From positions 64,001 through 128,000 of the forward strand of contig JBCBZT010000013.1 of NCBI GenBank assembly GCA_039815185.1: a stretch of DNA of 64,000 nt, written 5' to 3'. The stretch is from Cyanobacteria bacterium P01_A01_bin.123 (GTDB taxonomy: Bacteria; Cyanobacteriota; Cyanobacteriia; Phormidesmidales; Phormidesmidaceae). The notes under the pieces were generated by a model, which was not told where the DNA came from, searched no databases, and worked only from the letters and a program-made list of their open reading frames with translations. The first letter of the stretch is position 1. Every line of letters starts with the position of its first letter. Below, one piece after another: positions 39,646-49,179 of the stretch. The position numbers were made by a program, and so were the translations under genes.

Positions 39646-39864
39646 ATGTATGTTTGTAGAGAGCTGAGGCCAATGTTAACGATTCGCACCATGAACCATG
39701 TGGCGACGAGCCGCACAATTCCAGGCTTTCGAGCGTGCCGTTCGCTCACTGGATGCCCCAGCATGATTCAAGATCAGGGGCGACAGATGGTGAACTATGC
39801 CAATGTTTTGACTAGAGATGCCCAGCGCAAGTGGCGTCGGTCCATGTGGGAAGGGCGCAGATAG
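39646..39864 (+). CDS. small basic hypothetical protein in the gvp cluster
   Basis: 72-aa co-oriented ORF filling the gvpJ-gvpK gap; start could be ATG 39673. Confidence 0.4.
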   Translation: MYVCRELRPMLTIRTMNHVATSRTIPGFRACRSLTGCPSMIQDQGRQMVNYANVLTRDAQRKWRRSMWEGRR

Positions 39865-39962
39865 TTTGGATTGTGGGCAATCGCTCGATGTTAAGCCCGC
39901 TCAAGGTATTCAAGGGCTAAATCTAGGGCAGCCCTACAGGAGATGATTTACTCTGTGTAGGT

Positions 39963-40433
39963 ATGACAGCAGATTCATCCCCCTTTGAGATTACGCCCAA
40001 TGATGCCCTGGCATCTAAGGAGGCGAACGACGCTGGTCTGGCACCGCTGCTGCTAACGGTGGTTGAATTGGTGCGTCAATTGATGGAGGCTCAGGTCATC
40101 CGGCGCATGGAGTCTGATGAGTTGAGTGAATCTGACCTCAATCGCGCTGCCGATAGCTTAAAAAAGCTCGAAGAACAGGTTGTGGCGCTGTGTGAGGTGT
40201 TTGAGATTGATCCCGCAGATCTCAATATTGATCTGGGCGATTTAGGTAATTTACTGCCCCGCGAAGGTCAATATTATCCGGGAGAAACGTCTCAAGAACC
40301 AACGATTTTAGAATTGCTCGATCGACTCCTGAATACAGGCGTTGTGGTAGAAGGAGATGTGGATTTAGGCTTAGCTCAGTTGAATCTGATTCACGCTAAG
40401 CTGCGACTGGTGTTGACCGCTAAGCCCCTTTAG
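39963..40433 (+). CDS. gvpK: gas vesicle protein GvpK
   Basis: GLAPLLLTVVELVRQLMEAQVIRRM; C-terminal GvpA-like segment. Confidence 0.93.
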   Translation: MTADSSPFEITPNDALASKEANDAGLAPLLLTVVELVRQLMEAQVIRRMESDELSESDLNRAADSLKKLEEQVVALCEVFEIDPADLNIDLGDLGNLLPREGQYYPGETSQEPTILELLDRLLNTGVVVEGDVDLGLAQLNLIHAKLRLVLTAKPL

Positions 40434-40443
40434 GTTGATCAAA

Positions 40444-41187
40444 ATGGGAACTGCACTCTATCTCTACGGTATTTTTCCGGCCCCTGGGCCTCAAGGCTTG
40501 GTGGTTAAAGGGCTAGATGCCCAACCTGTGGTTGCCCATACTATTGACGAATTTACTTTTCTTTATTCCGAAGCTCAACAGGCTCGTTATTTGGCCAGTC
40601 GGCGTAATTTGCTGGGTCATGAAAAGGTGCTTGAGCAGGCGATGCATGATGGATTTCGGACGTTGTTGCCGCTCCAGTTTGGGTTGATTATTGAAACCTG
40701 GGACAAGGTGATTGATCAGCTCGTTACCCCCCACGGCGATGGTCTTAAACGCTTATTTGAGCGTTTGCAAGGGCGGCGGGAAGTCAGTGTCAAGGTGCTG
40801 TGGGAAGAGGATAAAGAACTGGAAATGCTCATGGCTGAGAATGAGGGGTTGCGTTTAGAACGCGATCGCTTGGAAGGAAAACAGCTCAGCATGGATGAAA
40901 TTGTTCGCATTGGTCAGGCGATTGAGCAGGCCATGGGTGATCGCCGGGCGGCCATCATCACTGCCTTTCAGTCAGCCCTCAATTCCCAATCGGTGGCGAT
41001 GATCGAGAATGACCCACTGACCAGCGCGATGATCTATAACACAGCCTATCTCATCCCTTGGGAAGCCGAACCGCAATTTGGCCAAGCGATTGAGACCCTC
41101 GATGCCCAGTTTGAAGATCGCCTACGTATCCGCTACAACGACTTCACGGCACCGTTTAATTTTGCTCAACTCGATCAGCTCGATTGA
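40444..41187 (+). CDS. gvpF: GvpL/GvpF family gas vesicle protein
   Basis: LYLYGI, HEKVLE, LLPLQFG, FTAPFNF. Confidence 0.92.
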   Translation: MGTALYLYGIFPAPGPQGLVVKGLDAQPVVAHTIDEFTFLYSEAQQARYLASRRNLLGHEKVLEQAMHDGFRTLLPLQFGLIIETWDKVIDQLVTPHGDGLKRLFERLQGRREVSVKVLWEEDKELEMLMAENEGLRLERDRLEGKQLSMDEIVRIGQAIEQAMGDRRAAIITAFQSALNSQSVAMIENDPLTSAMIYNTAYLIPWEAEPQFGQAIETLDAQFEDRLRIRYNDFTAPFNFAQLDQLD

Positions 41188-41219
41188 TCCCTCGTCCGAG
41201 TCGTTCCCAAGATGCCACT

Positions 41220-41453
41220 ATGCTGCTTAAACTCTTGACTGCTCCGGTTACAGGCCCCATCTCCGGCATCGGCTGGATTGCTGAGAAGCTGCTAGAGCAG
41301 GCCGAAACAGAATTGGATGACACCGAAAATCTGCAAAAGCGGTTGCTTGCCCTACAACTCGCCTTCGATATGGGTGAGATTGAAGAAGAAGACTTTGAAG
41401 CACAGGAAGAAGAACTGCTCTTGGCAATTCAAGCCATGGAGGATTCAGCCTAA
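41220..41453 (+). CDS. gvpG: gas vesicle protein GvpG
   Basis: PVTGP..GI.WI…LQLAFDMGEIEEEDFEAQEEELL. Confidence 0.92.
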   Translation: MLLKLLTAPVTGPISGIGWIAEKLLEQAETELDDTENLQKRLLALQLAFDMGEIEEEDFEAQEEELLLAIQAMEDSA

Positions 41454-41458
41454 TTAAG

Positions 41459-41535
41459 CCATATCCGATTTGAAACCTGGCGTAGGGGCGCAAGGCCTTG
41501 CGCCCCTACAGGGAAAATTGTGGATCTGGATGTGG
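41459..41535 (+). repeat. dispersed TIR-bounded element containing a GTAG REP-like hairpin
   Basis: CCATATCCGATTTGAAA…GTAGGGGCGCAAGGCCTTGCGCCCCTAC…GTGGATCTGGATGTGG. Confidence 0.75.
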
Positions 41536-41617
41536 ACGCGGTTTCAATTGCACAACTGCCCATCCTATGCGCAAAATTGAACCAGTACTGCAAGATAACT
41601 CTTAGGCAAGGCTGGGC

Positions 41618-43093
41618 ATGGACTTTAAAGTAACCGATAGCGCTTATCTCGATTGGACCGGAGACTGCCTGATTTTGGGCATGACAGAAGACGCCTTGCC
41701 CCTAAGGGGTACCCTCTCCGAATTGAACGCGAAACTTTCGGGTTTGCTGCAAGAGCTAATCGATGAAGCCGACTTCAAAGCCAAGGCTGGCAGCACCGCC
41801 TCAATTCGCGTTGGCAGTAGCACCCCCATTCGCAAGTTGGGTATTGTGGGTCTCGGCGCAGCGGATAGCTTGGCGCTAGACGGTATCCGTCGCGGCGCAG
41901 CGGTAGCAGTCCGTTTGGGTAAAAAGGAAAAGTGCAAAACCCTAGGGCTGAGTTTCCCCCTTTGGGACGGTAACGAGGAAATGACTGTGCAGGCGCTAGT
42001 GGAAGGCTCTATTTTGGCCATGCACCAGGATAAGCGGTTTAAGTCAGAGTCTGAAGAAAAGGAAGATAACATACCAGAACAGATTGAGCTGCTGGAAGCC
42101 ACAGGTCAAGACGCGGCGATTCAAAAGGCTAAGCAAGTCTGTGATGGTGTGATTTTGGCCAGGGAATTGGTGTCGGCCCCACCCAATGTGGTGACACCGA
42201 TGATGTTGGCTGATACTGCGACTGAGTTGGCCAATGCCAATGGCCTAAGCCTAGAGATTTTAGAAAAAGAAGACTGTGAAAAGCTAGGGATGGGTGCTTT
42301 TTTAGGGGTTGCCCAGGCCTCTGAACTGCCGCCAAAATTTGTCCACCTGACGTACACTCCCGACGGTACCCCCCGCCGCAAGCTGGCGATTATCGGCAAG
42401 GGATTGACCTTTGACTCGGGGGGCTTGAATTTGAAGCCAGCCGGTAGCGGCATTGAAATGATGAAGATTGACATGGGGGGTGCAGCGGCCACCTTTGGAG
42501 CAGCAAAAGCGATCGCGCAAATTAAACCCGACGTAGAAGTCCACTTCATCAGTGCCGTGACTGAAAACATGATCAGCGGTCATGCCATGCGCCCGGGGGA
42601 CATTTTGACAGCCTCGAATGGCAAAACGATTGAAGTCAACAATACTGATGCCGAAGGACGCCTGACGCTGGCCGATGCTTTGGTGTTTGCTGACAAGCTC
42701 GGGGTTGATGCCATGATTGATTTGGCCACCCTAACCGGAGCCTGTATTGTTGCCCTAGGGGATGACATCGCTGCACTGTTTAGCCCTGACGATGAGCTAG
42801 CCGAGCAGTTTTATAACGCTGCTGAACTGGCGGGGGAGAAGCTCTGGAAAATGCCCATGGAAGATAAGTATTTTGATGGGTTGAAGTCGGTGGTTGCCGA
42901 TATGAAAAATACTGGCCCACGGGCGGGTGGTTCAATTACGGCAGCGCTGTTCCTCAAAAAGTTTGTGAAAGACACCCCCTGGATGCACGTCGATTTGGCT
43001 GGCCCCGTATGGACAGAGAAAGAAAATGGCTATAACAGTCCTGGCGGAACGGGATATGGGGTGCGGATGCTGGTGCAGTGGGTACTTTCCTAA
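41618..43093 (+). CDS. pepA: leucyl aminopeptidase (M17)
   Basis: [30 protein letters not shown]. Confidence 0.96.
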   Translation: MDFKVTDSAYLDWTGDCLILGMTEDALPLRGTLSELNAKLSGLLQELIDEADFKAKAGSTASIRVGSSTPIRKLGIVGLGAADSLALDGIRRGAAVAVRLGKKEKCKTLGLSFPLWDGNEEMTVQALVEGSILAMHQDKRFKSESEEKEDNIPEQIELLEATGQDAAIQKAKQVCDGVILARELVSAPPNVVTPMMLADTATELANANGLSLEILEKEDCEKLGMGAFLGVAQASELPPKFVHLTYTPDGTPRRKLAIIGKGLTFDSGGLNLKPAGSGIEMMKIDMGGAAATFGAAKAIAQIKPDVEVHFISAVTENMISGHAMRPGDILTASNGKTIEVNNTDAEGRLTLADALVFADKLGVDAMIDLATLTGACIVALGDDIAALFSPDDELAEQFYNAAELAGEKLWKMPMEDKYFDGLKSVVADMKNTGPRAGGSITAALFLKKFVKDTPWMHVDLAGPVWTEKENGYNSPGGTGYGVRMLVQWVLS

Positions 43094-43111
43094 TCATGAC
43101 CATCGCACAAC

Positions 43112-43720
43112 TTAACTAAGTAGCCCATTCAAACCGTGTAGCTGGTATTGCCTGAACAGTTTGAATGCATTGCGGATGTCCGCTTCTCGGTCGTGATGTT
43201 CTAGAATGCTCACGATCACGTTCACCGTGTTCTGAAAAATCGCTCGGAGCAAGAAGTGCATGTCCGGATCGAAATCAACCTGATTGCCCCGATCCCGAGC
43301 ATGGGCCAGCGCCAGCGTAACCATAATTTCGACGAACTTGTCGGCAAAGCCTTCAAAATCCGTACCCCCGCTCCGATCGAGGATGATGATCACTTGCCGA
43401 CGGTGCTCGATCCAGAACGAGAGTAACTGCTCTTGTGCATTGAAGGCCGCATCTTTCAGCTCAATATCATCACCTGTATTGCTTAACGCTTTGATGTGCT
43501 CACGCAAAAGTGCTAGAAGTCTTTCCGCAAACTCCGGGGTCACGACAGCTCTGAAAAGATCTTCTTTGCCGCCAAAGTAGCGATAAATGTTTCCGACTGC
43601 GACCCCAGCGATCCTGGCGATGTCGCTGACAGTGGTGCCTTGATAGCCTGATTTCACAAACGCCCTCGTTGCAGCGTCCAGGATCTTGAGCCGAATTTTT
43701 TCCTTTAGAACTTGCGCCAT
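43112..43720 (-). CDS. TetR/AcrR family regulator
   Basis: ILDAATRAF…TTVSDIARIAGVAVGNIYRYFGGKEDLF. Confidence 0.92.
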   Translation of the reverse strand: MAQVLKEKIRLKILDAATRAFVKSGYQGTTVSDIARIAGVAVGNIYRYFGGKEDLFRAVVTPEFAERLLALLREHIKALSNTGDDIELKDAAFNAQEQLLSFWIEHRRQVIIILDRSGGTDFEGFADKFVEIMVTLALAHARDRGNQVDFDPDMHFLLRAIFQNTVNVIVSILEHHDREADIRNAFKLFRQYQLHGLNGLLS

Positions 43721-43773
43721 TCGGCTAGCCCACGGTTGTTGACTCCCATGGCTACGGTACCCCATTCAGGGTT

Positions 43774-43821
43774 TTGATCATTGGCCCAGGTAATTTGTAT
43801 AATGAATGGAGTGTTCATTAT
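43774..43821 (+). promoter_or_regulatory. sigma70-type promoter overlapped by a TetR-like operator
   Basis: TTGATC (43774)-18 nt-TATAAT (43798); perfect inverted repeat ATAATGAA-N7-TTCATTAT at 43799-43821. Confidence 0.65.
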
Positions 43822-43895
43822 TTATGCCCGTTTATGTTGCTCAATGGTTTCTCAGCCTTTTTCCGAGTCTAGACAAGGACAACAGTTGATGCGAG

Positions 43896-44639
43896 GTGAA
43901 GAAAGTGAGTTTGCCCACCCTTTTGTTGGTTCACGGAGCCTGGTCCGGCGCGTGGGTTTGGGATCAGCTGACGCCAGCGCTTGACGCTTTGGGAATTTCG
44001 TCATTGGCTATCGATTTGCCGGGGTGCTCGGCAGGACGCCCTGTTGGATGGGGTGTTTCACTCAACGATTATGCCGAATCGATCATTGCCAACGCGAACC
44101 GGATTCAGGGGCCAGTGATTTTGGTCGGTCACTCCGCCGGCGGCATCGCGGTTTCTCAAGCTGCTGCTATTGCACCTCAGCGATTCAATGGCCTGATCTA
44201 CGTTGCTGCGTACTTGCCTATCAACGGTGAGAGTCTGGCTAAATTGGCGAAAGATGGGGCAGGAGCTGTCAAATCATCAGTTAAGCCACACATTTTTGGG
44301 GGGACGCTGACGCAGACCCCGGCGGCGATCGCGGCTTTGTGCTACCACGATTGCTCATCTGAGCAGACGGCAGATCTGGTTCATAAACACCGATCGGAGC
44401 CAATACGGCCAGGAATGGCCAAGGTTCGACTAGGCCCAGAGTTTGCTCAGATACGCAAGCACTACGTTCGGTGCACCCAGGATCGCGGGCTCTCCCCAGC
44501 TTTTCAAAGGTGGATGGCTGACCGCTACGCGATCGACTCGTTTCACGAATTGGACACAGGGCATATGCCGATGATCGCCGCCCCATCGAAATTGGCGGAG
44601 GTGTTCAACCAGATCATTGCAGATTTGAGCAGTCGTTGA
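43896..44639 (+). CDS. alpha/beta hydrolase (methylesterase/SABP2-like)
   Basis: VHGAW, GHSAGG, D…GHMP catalytic triad. Confidence 0.88.
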   Translation: MKKVSLPTLLLVHGAWSGAWVWDQLTPALDALGISSLAIDLPGCSAGRPVGWGVSLNDYAESIIANANRIQGPVILVGHSAGGIAVSQAAAIAPQRFNGLIYVAAYLPINGESLAKLAKDGAGAVKSSVKPHIFGGTLTQTPAAIAALCYHDCSSEQTADLVHKHRSEPIRPGMAKVRLGPEFAQIRKHYVRCTQDRGLSPAFQRWMADRYAIDSFHELDTGHMPMIAAPSKLAEVFNQIIADLSSR

Positions 44640-44841
44640 CGTCGGCTTCTGGCCGAAAGTCGTCACTTTGAGACGCGGAACTACATGCCGTCTATCAAAT
44701 CAATTTTCAGTCAAATTTCGCTGATCTCAGACTTAGGCGCGATCGCGCCTCGCTGCAAATATGGGACTCTAAGCTACATTTTGACTGCTCCAGCGTGTGT
44801 AACACTATCAAGCAGTTTGTGTGTTACCTAACTCTGATCCT

Positions 44842-45699
44842 ATGGCTACCCTCTGGAAATCGCTGAAGCCTTACGCCCTAGTGACGCCCCAAAACCTGGT
44901 ATTTCTTTTATTTTTAGTCTTCCCCATCGTCATGATTGGGGTAGTGAGTTTCTGGCAGTTCAATGGCTATGCGATGACGCCAGCCTTTACCCTAGACAAC
45001 TACCAGGGCATTTTGACCTCCGATGTCACGCTCAAGACGTACCTGAATACGTTCAAATTTGTAGCGCTGGTTTGGCTAGCGACGCTGCTGATTGGCTATC
45101 CGGTGGCCTACTTTTTGTCGTTTCACGTCACAAGTTTGCGCTGGCAGATTTTGCTGTTTTTGACCTGCACCATTCCCTTTTGGACTTCCAATATTATTCG
45201 GATGATTTCTTGGGTGCCGCTGTTGGGTAAAGAGGGGCTAGTGAATCAAATTTTGCTGAATCTAGGACTGATTCAAACACCGTTGGAGTTTTTGCTGTAC
45301 TCAGATTTTGCGGTGGTGTTGGGGATGGTGCATCTCTACATTATTTTTATGATTGCTCCCATCTTTAACAGCCTGATGCGCATCGATCGTACGCTGATTA
45401 CGGCTTCAGAAGATATGGGGGCTTCTGGCTTCCAAACCTTCAAGGAAGTGATTTTGCCGTTGTCGGCACCAGGCATTGCCATTGGGTCAATTTTTATCGT
45501 CACCCTGGTGATGGGAGAGTTCGTCACGGTGCGGCTAATGGGCGGTGGTCAAGCGGCGTCGGTGGGCAAGCTGATTCAGACCCAAATTGGCAGTTTGCAG
45601 TACCCCCTAGCCGCGGCTAACGCCATTGTGTTGCTGCTGGTGACAATGATTATGGTGGTTTCGATTTTGAGGGTTGTGAATATTCGCAAGGAGCTGTGA
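44842..45699 (+). CDS. ABC transporter permease (PotB-like)
   Basis: Multi-TM protein with EAA-type motif TASEDMGAS. Confidence 0.88.
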   Translation: MATLWKSLKPYALVTPQNLVFLLFLVFPIVMIGVVSFWQFNGYAMTPAFTLDNYQGILTSDVTLKTYLNTFKFVALVWLATLLIGYPVAYFLSFHVTSLRWQILLFLTCTIPFWTSNIIRMISWVPLLGKEGLVNQILLNLGLIQTPLEFLLYSDFAVVLGMVHLYIIFMIAPIFNSLMRIDRTLITASEDMGASGFQTFKEVILPLSAPGIAIGSIFIVTLVMGEFVTVRLMGGGQAASVGKLIQTQIGSLQYPLAAANAIVLLLVTMIMVVSILRVVNIRKEL

Positions 45700-46514
45700 T
45701 GGCACGGGCAAAGCGATCGCTTTCGTTTTACATTCTCGCCGCCTTTTTCGGGGTGTTTGTGCTGTTTCTCTACGGCCCGATGATCACCATTTTTATGCTG
45801 TCGCTCCAGGGGCCAGAGGGCAAACTGACCTTTCCGATGCGGGGCTTTAGCTTTTATTGGCTGGGGCAGGTGTTTCAAGAGCAGCGGGTCGGTAATTTTA
45901 TTGAGCCGTTCCAGCGCTCCTTTATTTTGGGGCTTGTGGTGATGGCGCTGGCGGCGGGGTTTGCAGTGTTGGCAGCTATGGGCTTTCGCAGTCGGTTCAA
46001 AGGATCGACGCCCATTTTTTATCTGACGATCTCGAGCTTGATCGTGCCCAGTGTGTTGATTTCCCTAGGAATTGGCATTGTCTTTCAGGTGTTAAAGCTG
46101 GAGACTAATTGGTTTTCGTCAGGGTTGGGGGCACATCTGACTTGGACATTGCCGATTGCCTTTTTAATTATGCTGGGCATCTTTAACCGCTTTGATCCCG
46201 CTTATGAAGAGGCCGCCCGGGATTTGGGGGCTAACGATCTCACCAATTTTTGGGAGATTGTGTTTCCCCTGATTGCGCCGAGCCTGATTGGGGTAGGGTT
46301 GTTGATGTTTACCCTCTCCTATGACGAGTTCACCCGCACGTCTTTAGTGTCTGGGCAAGACAATACCCTACCCCTAGAAATCTTTGGCATGACCACCAAT
46401 GTCACCTCTCCCGCCCTGTATGCACTGGGGACTTTGACAACGCTGTTTTCGTTTTCGATGATTGGGATTGCGTATTTTACCTATAGTTTCTTTTCCCAGC
46501 GTCAGCGACAGTAA
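45699..46514 (+). CDS. ABC transporter permease (PotC-like)
   Basis: LFLYGP, EEAARDLGA, FTLSYDEF; coupled to the upstream permease. Confidence 0.88.
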   Translation: MARAKRSLSFYILAAFFGVFVLFLYGPMITIFMLSLQGPEGKLTFPMRGFSFYWLGQVFQEQRVGNFIEPFQRSFILGLVVMALAAGFAVLAAMGFRSRFKGSTPIFYLTISSLIVPSVLISLGIGIVFQVLKLETNWFSSGLGAHLTWTLPIAFLIMLGIFNRFDPAYEEAARDLGANDLTNFWEIVFPLIAPSLIGVGLLMFTLSYDEFTRTSLVSGQDNTLPLEIFGMTTNVTSPALYALGTLTTLFSFSMIGIAYFTYSFFSQRQRQ

Positions 46515-46567
46515 CTATCTCAGTGACAATATTTGCGGTGAATCCTGATCAGGATGGTCTTACCGTT

Positions 46568-47392
46568 ATGGCATCTCAATGGGAGCGGTTACTTAAAAAT
46601 CAAGGGGTTTGGCAAGGGTCGTTTACACGCCTATCCCCACAGGGAGAGGTGATTGCAGACATTCCGACGGAAGTCTCGCTCAAAGCGATCAACCAGGGAG
46701 ATACGATGCATCAGGTGGTGCGTAAAATGCCGCTGGATCAACCGCCTGAAGAACAGGTCTATGAGTATGGATCTTTAGGCAAGGGCATTTTGTTCTTTGA
46801 AGACGGGGCTTTCTCCCAAGGATCTATTCAGTTAGGGCCGTTTGGCGATTTTGGGGCCGAGTTGGGATTTATCGCGGGCGATCGCCGTTTGCGTTTAGTG
46901 CTAATTTTCCAGCAGGATCGCAGCCTGAAGCAGCTGACTTTGATTCGGGAAAAGCGAGCAGGGACGGATATGCCAGAGCGATCGCCCTTGACGATGGATG
47001 CCCTGTACGGCATTTGGCAGGGAGAAGCCGTGACCCTCTATCCCGATCTAAGTCCTGCGGAGACTTACGCTACAACATTAGCGGTTCAGCCTGCTGGCGC
47101 TGATCGCGTGAAACAGACCCTACACATTGGCGAAAATCGCCCGCCAATCCAGTCTGAAGGAACACTGCAAGGAACACGGCTGCTATTCGATCAAGGCTCA
47201 CAGCAGGTGCAGGTGCTTTTACTCCCTGATGGCGCATCGGCGACTTGTCCGGTACAAATTCAAGCCAGACAACCGTTGTTTTTGGAAGTGGGTTGGCTAT
47301 TGTCAGATGATCGACGCCAACGCCTGATCCGCAGCTACAACGCCCAAGGGGGGTGGGTGAGTTTGACACTGGTAACAGAGCAGAGAATCTAA
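46568..47392 (+). CDS. DUF3598 family protein
   Basis: [35 protein letters not shown]. Confidence 0.85.
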   Translation: MASQWERLLKNQGVWQGSFTRLSPQGEVIADIPTEVSLKAINQGDTMHQVVRKMPLDQPPEEQVYEYGSLGKGILFFEDGAFSQGSIQLGPFGDFGAELGFIAGDRRLRLVLIFQQDRSLKQLTLIREKRAGTDMPERSPLTMDALYGIWQGEAVTLYPDLSPAETYATTLAVQPAGADRVKQTLHIGENRPPIQSEGTLQGTRLLFDQGSQQVQVLLLPDGASATCPVQIQARQPLFLEVGWLLSDDRRQRLIRSYNAQGGWVSLTLVTEQRI

Positions 47393-47964
47393 AGCAATGA
47401 ACAGTGGCGAGTTAGTGCTGTTCTCAGCAACTGGTTGTAGGCTTTACCCGAAATCACATAGGCCCCAAATCGCTCAAGATGTGGGTTCATCATTTGGGCG
47501 TCGAAGAGAACAAAATTACGCGATCGCAGCCGTTCTACCAATTTCACCATGGCTGCCTTAGACCCTTCCGTAATCCGATAAAACATTGATTCCCCAATAA
47601 AAGCCCCACCGATGACGATGCCTAAAATTCCTCCCGCGAGTTCGTCTCCTTGCCAGGTTTCAAAACTATGGGCAAACCCAGCCTGGTGAAGCTGCCAGTA
47701 AACTTGTTTGAGGTCGTCAGAAATCCAAGTGCTATCTCGATCGGCACACCCCTCAACAACCGTTTCAAAGGCCCGGCTAACCGCAATGTCAAACCGATTC
47801 TGGTTAAGGACTCGACGCAGCGATCGCGGATAGCGAAATCGATCGTCCAGCGGGATCAATGTACGCTGTCGGCTAGAATACCAGGTGAGGTTGCGCCCGT
47901 CGTCGTCAGCCATTAAAAAATAGCCTTGGGCGTATCCCTCTAGTAAGGTGGGGGTATCAAACAC
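47389..47964 (-). CDS. aat: leucyl/phenylalanyl-tRNA-protein transferase
   Basis: Y.QGYF.M, TWI, HSFETW, GESMF, DAQ…HL. Confidence 0.92.
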   Translation of the reverse strand: MFDTPTLLEGYAQGYFLMADDDGRNLTWYSSRQRTLIPLDDRFRYPRSLRRVLNQNRFDIAVSRAFETVVEGCADRDSTWISDDLKQVYWQLHQAGFAHSFETWQGDELAGGILGIVIGGAFIGESMFYRITEGSKAAMVKLVERLRSRNFVLFDAQMMNPHLERFGAYVISGKAYNQLLRTALTRHCSLL

Positions 47965-48056
47965 GATGGGTTCAACTCAACATAGCGATCGTTTCATGGT
48001 AATCGTAGATGATTGCACTCGGTGTAAGCTGACAACCTGATACCTGGTAGATCGTT

Positions 48057-48386
48057 ATGGCTGACCCGATTCCATCTATTCAACTGCCGCCCCCAGAGAA
48101 CGCGCAACAGGAGGGGATTTGGCTCCAGCGATCGCTCCAGCGCTGGCTAGATGAAGAGTTTTTGCCTGAAGCCGTCAATCAAGACATCGCCGAACGCGCC
48201 TCCCAAGTCTTTGTCCGCCAACGCATGGAAGGAGAAAACGATTTGGGTTCTCTGGTGCTGGCAATTTTGACCGAAATGCAGGGGTTTGACTTCTCTAAAA
48301 GCTTTTACAGCGAGTTTGCTGTGGCAAATGCAGTGTCTGATTTGCTGTTGGATAGCTTGGGCATCGATCGTTGCTGTGGCAACTAA
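48057..48386 (+). CDS. conserved hypothetical protein
   Basis: 109-aa acidic ORF containing WLDEEFLPE. Confidence 0.75.
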   Translation: MADPIPSIQLPPPENAQQEGIWLQRSLQRWLDEEFLPEAVNQDIAERASQVFVRQRMEGENDLGSLVLAILTEMQGFDFSKSFYSEFAVANAVSDLLLDSLGIDRCCGN

Positions 48387-48943
48387 GGCGCTTGTGGTGA
48401 TTGGGGCTTACTTCTTAACACGCGCGCCCGCACAAACTGGGCCGCAGTCATTTGCTGACGAGTAGTTGTGCCCCAAGGGGTATGATCGACTTGCCAACCG
48501 ATAATTTGATGGGGCGATCGCCAAAGGTCTAGATGGGCAACTGGCGGATCGGCGTAGAAATTAAGCCTGCTGGTTCCTAGCCAGGCCGAACTCCAGTGGG
48601 TAAACCGATCGTGACTCAATCGATAGACAGGGAAAGGGGCTGATAGGGGCACCCCCCAGCCATCTAGGGCAATCAATGCGGTGATAGTTCGGCCTTGGTA
48701 ATGCCAGTGTTGAGCAGCCCCAATTGCACCGACAACCCCAGCACTAAAGGCAATCAGCACCAAACTATCTGTGGGTGAAACGTGCTGCGCCAAAAATTGT
48801 CTAATCCCTGCTGCCGAAAAGGGCGGATACTTTTCAGTGGGATAGATCAGGATGGGCGGATCAACAGCTGTAAAATCTGTGGCCGCTAGGAATTTTTGAG
48901 TTAGACCAGGGGGATGAACACCAGGGCAAAGGACAACTGCCAT
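48383..48943 (-). CDS. conserved cyanobacterial alpha/beta-fold hypothetical protein
   Basis: CPGVH, AFSAGVVGA, DGWGVPL, SHD.FTHWSS. Confidence 0.75.
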   Translation of the reverse strand: MAVVLCPGVHPPGLTQKFLAATDFTAVDPPILIYPTEKYPPFSAAGIRQFLAQHVSPTDSLVLIAFSAGVVGAIGAAQHWHYQGRTITALIALDGWGVPLSAPFPVYRLSHDRFTHWSSAWLGTSRLNFYADPPVAHLDLWRSPHQIIGWQVDHTPWGTTTRQQMTAAQFVRARVLRSKPQSPQAP

Positions 48944-49049
48944 AGCAGGGGCCAATCAGGATCAGATACAGGACGGTTTGCGTTCGGTTCTACCCATAGA
49001 TGGGCGGGAGAATTCACAGTAGTGTCGTATTAGTGTAGCCGCTACTAAA

Positions 49050-49126
49050 CTACATCCGATTTGAAAACTTGATTAGGGGCGTGGAGCCCTGCTTCCCTGC
49101 TGGGGCAACTGTGGATCTGGATGTAG
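49050..49126 (+). repeat. dispersed TIR-bounded element copy upstream of hik2
   Basis: CTACATCCGATTTGAAAA…GTGGATCTGGATGTAG; colinear with 41459-41535. Confidence 0.75.
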
Positions 49127-49179
49127 CCGAAGTTTAGTGCTGTCATTTAGACAAATTTTTTTGTGGGTGTGAAAGGGCA

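Noticed and set aside
49019..49055. Possible NtcA or LexA site upstream of hik2
   Set aside because: GTA…TAC spacing does not fit GTA-N8-TAC, and part of the sequence belongs to the dispersed repeat.
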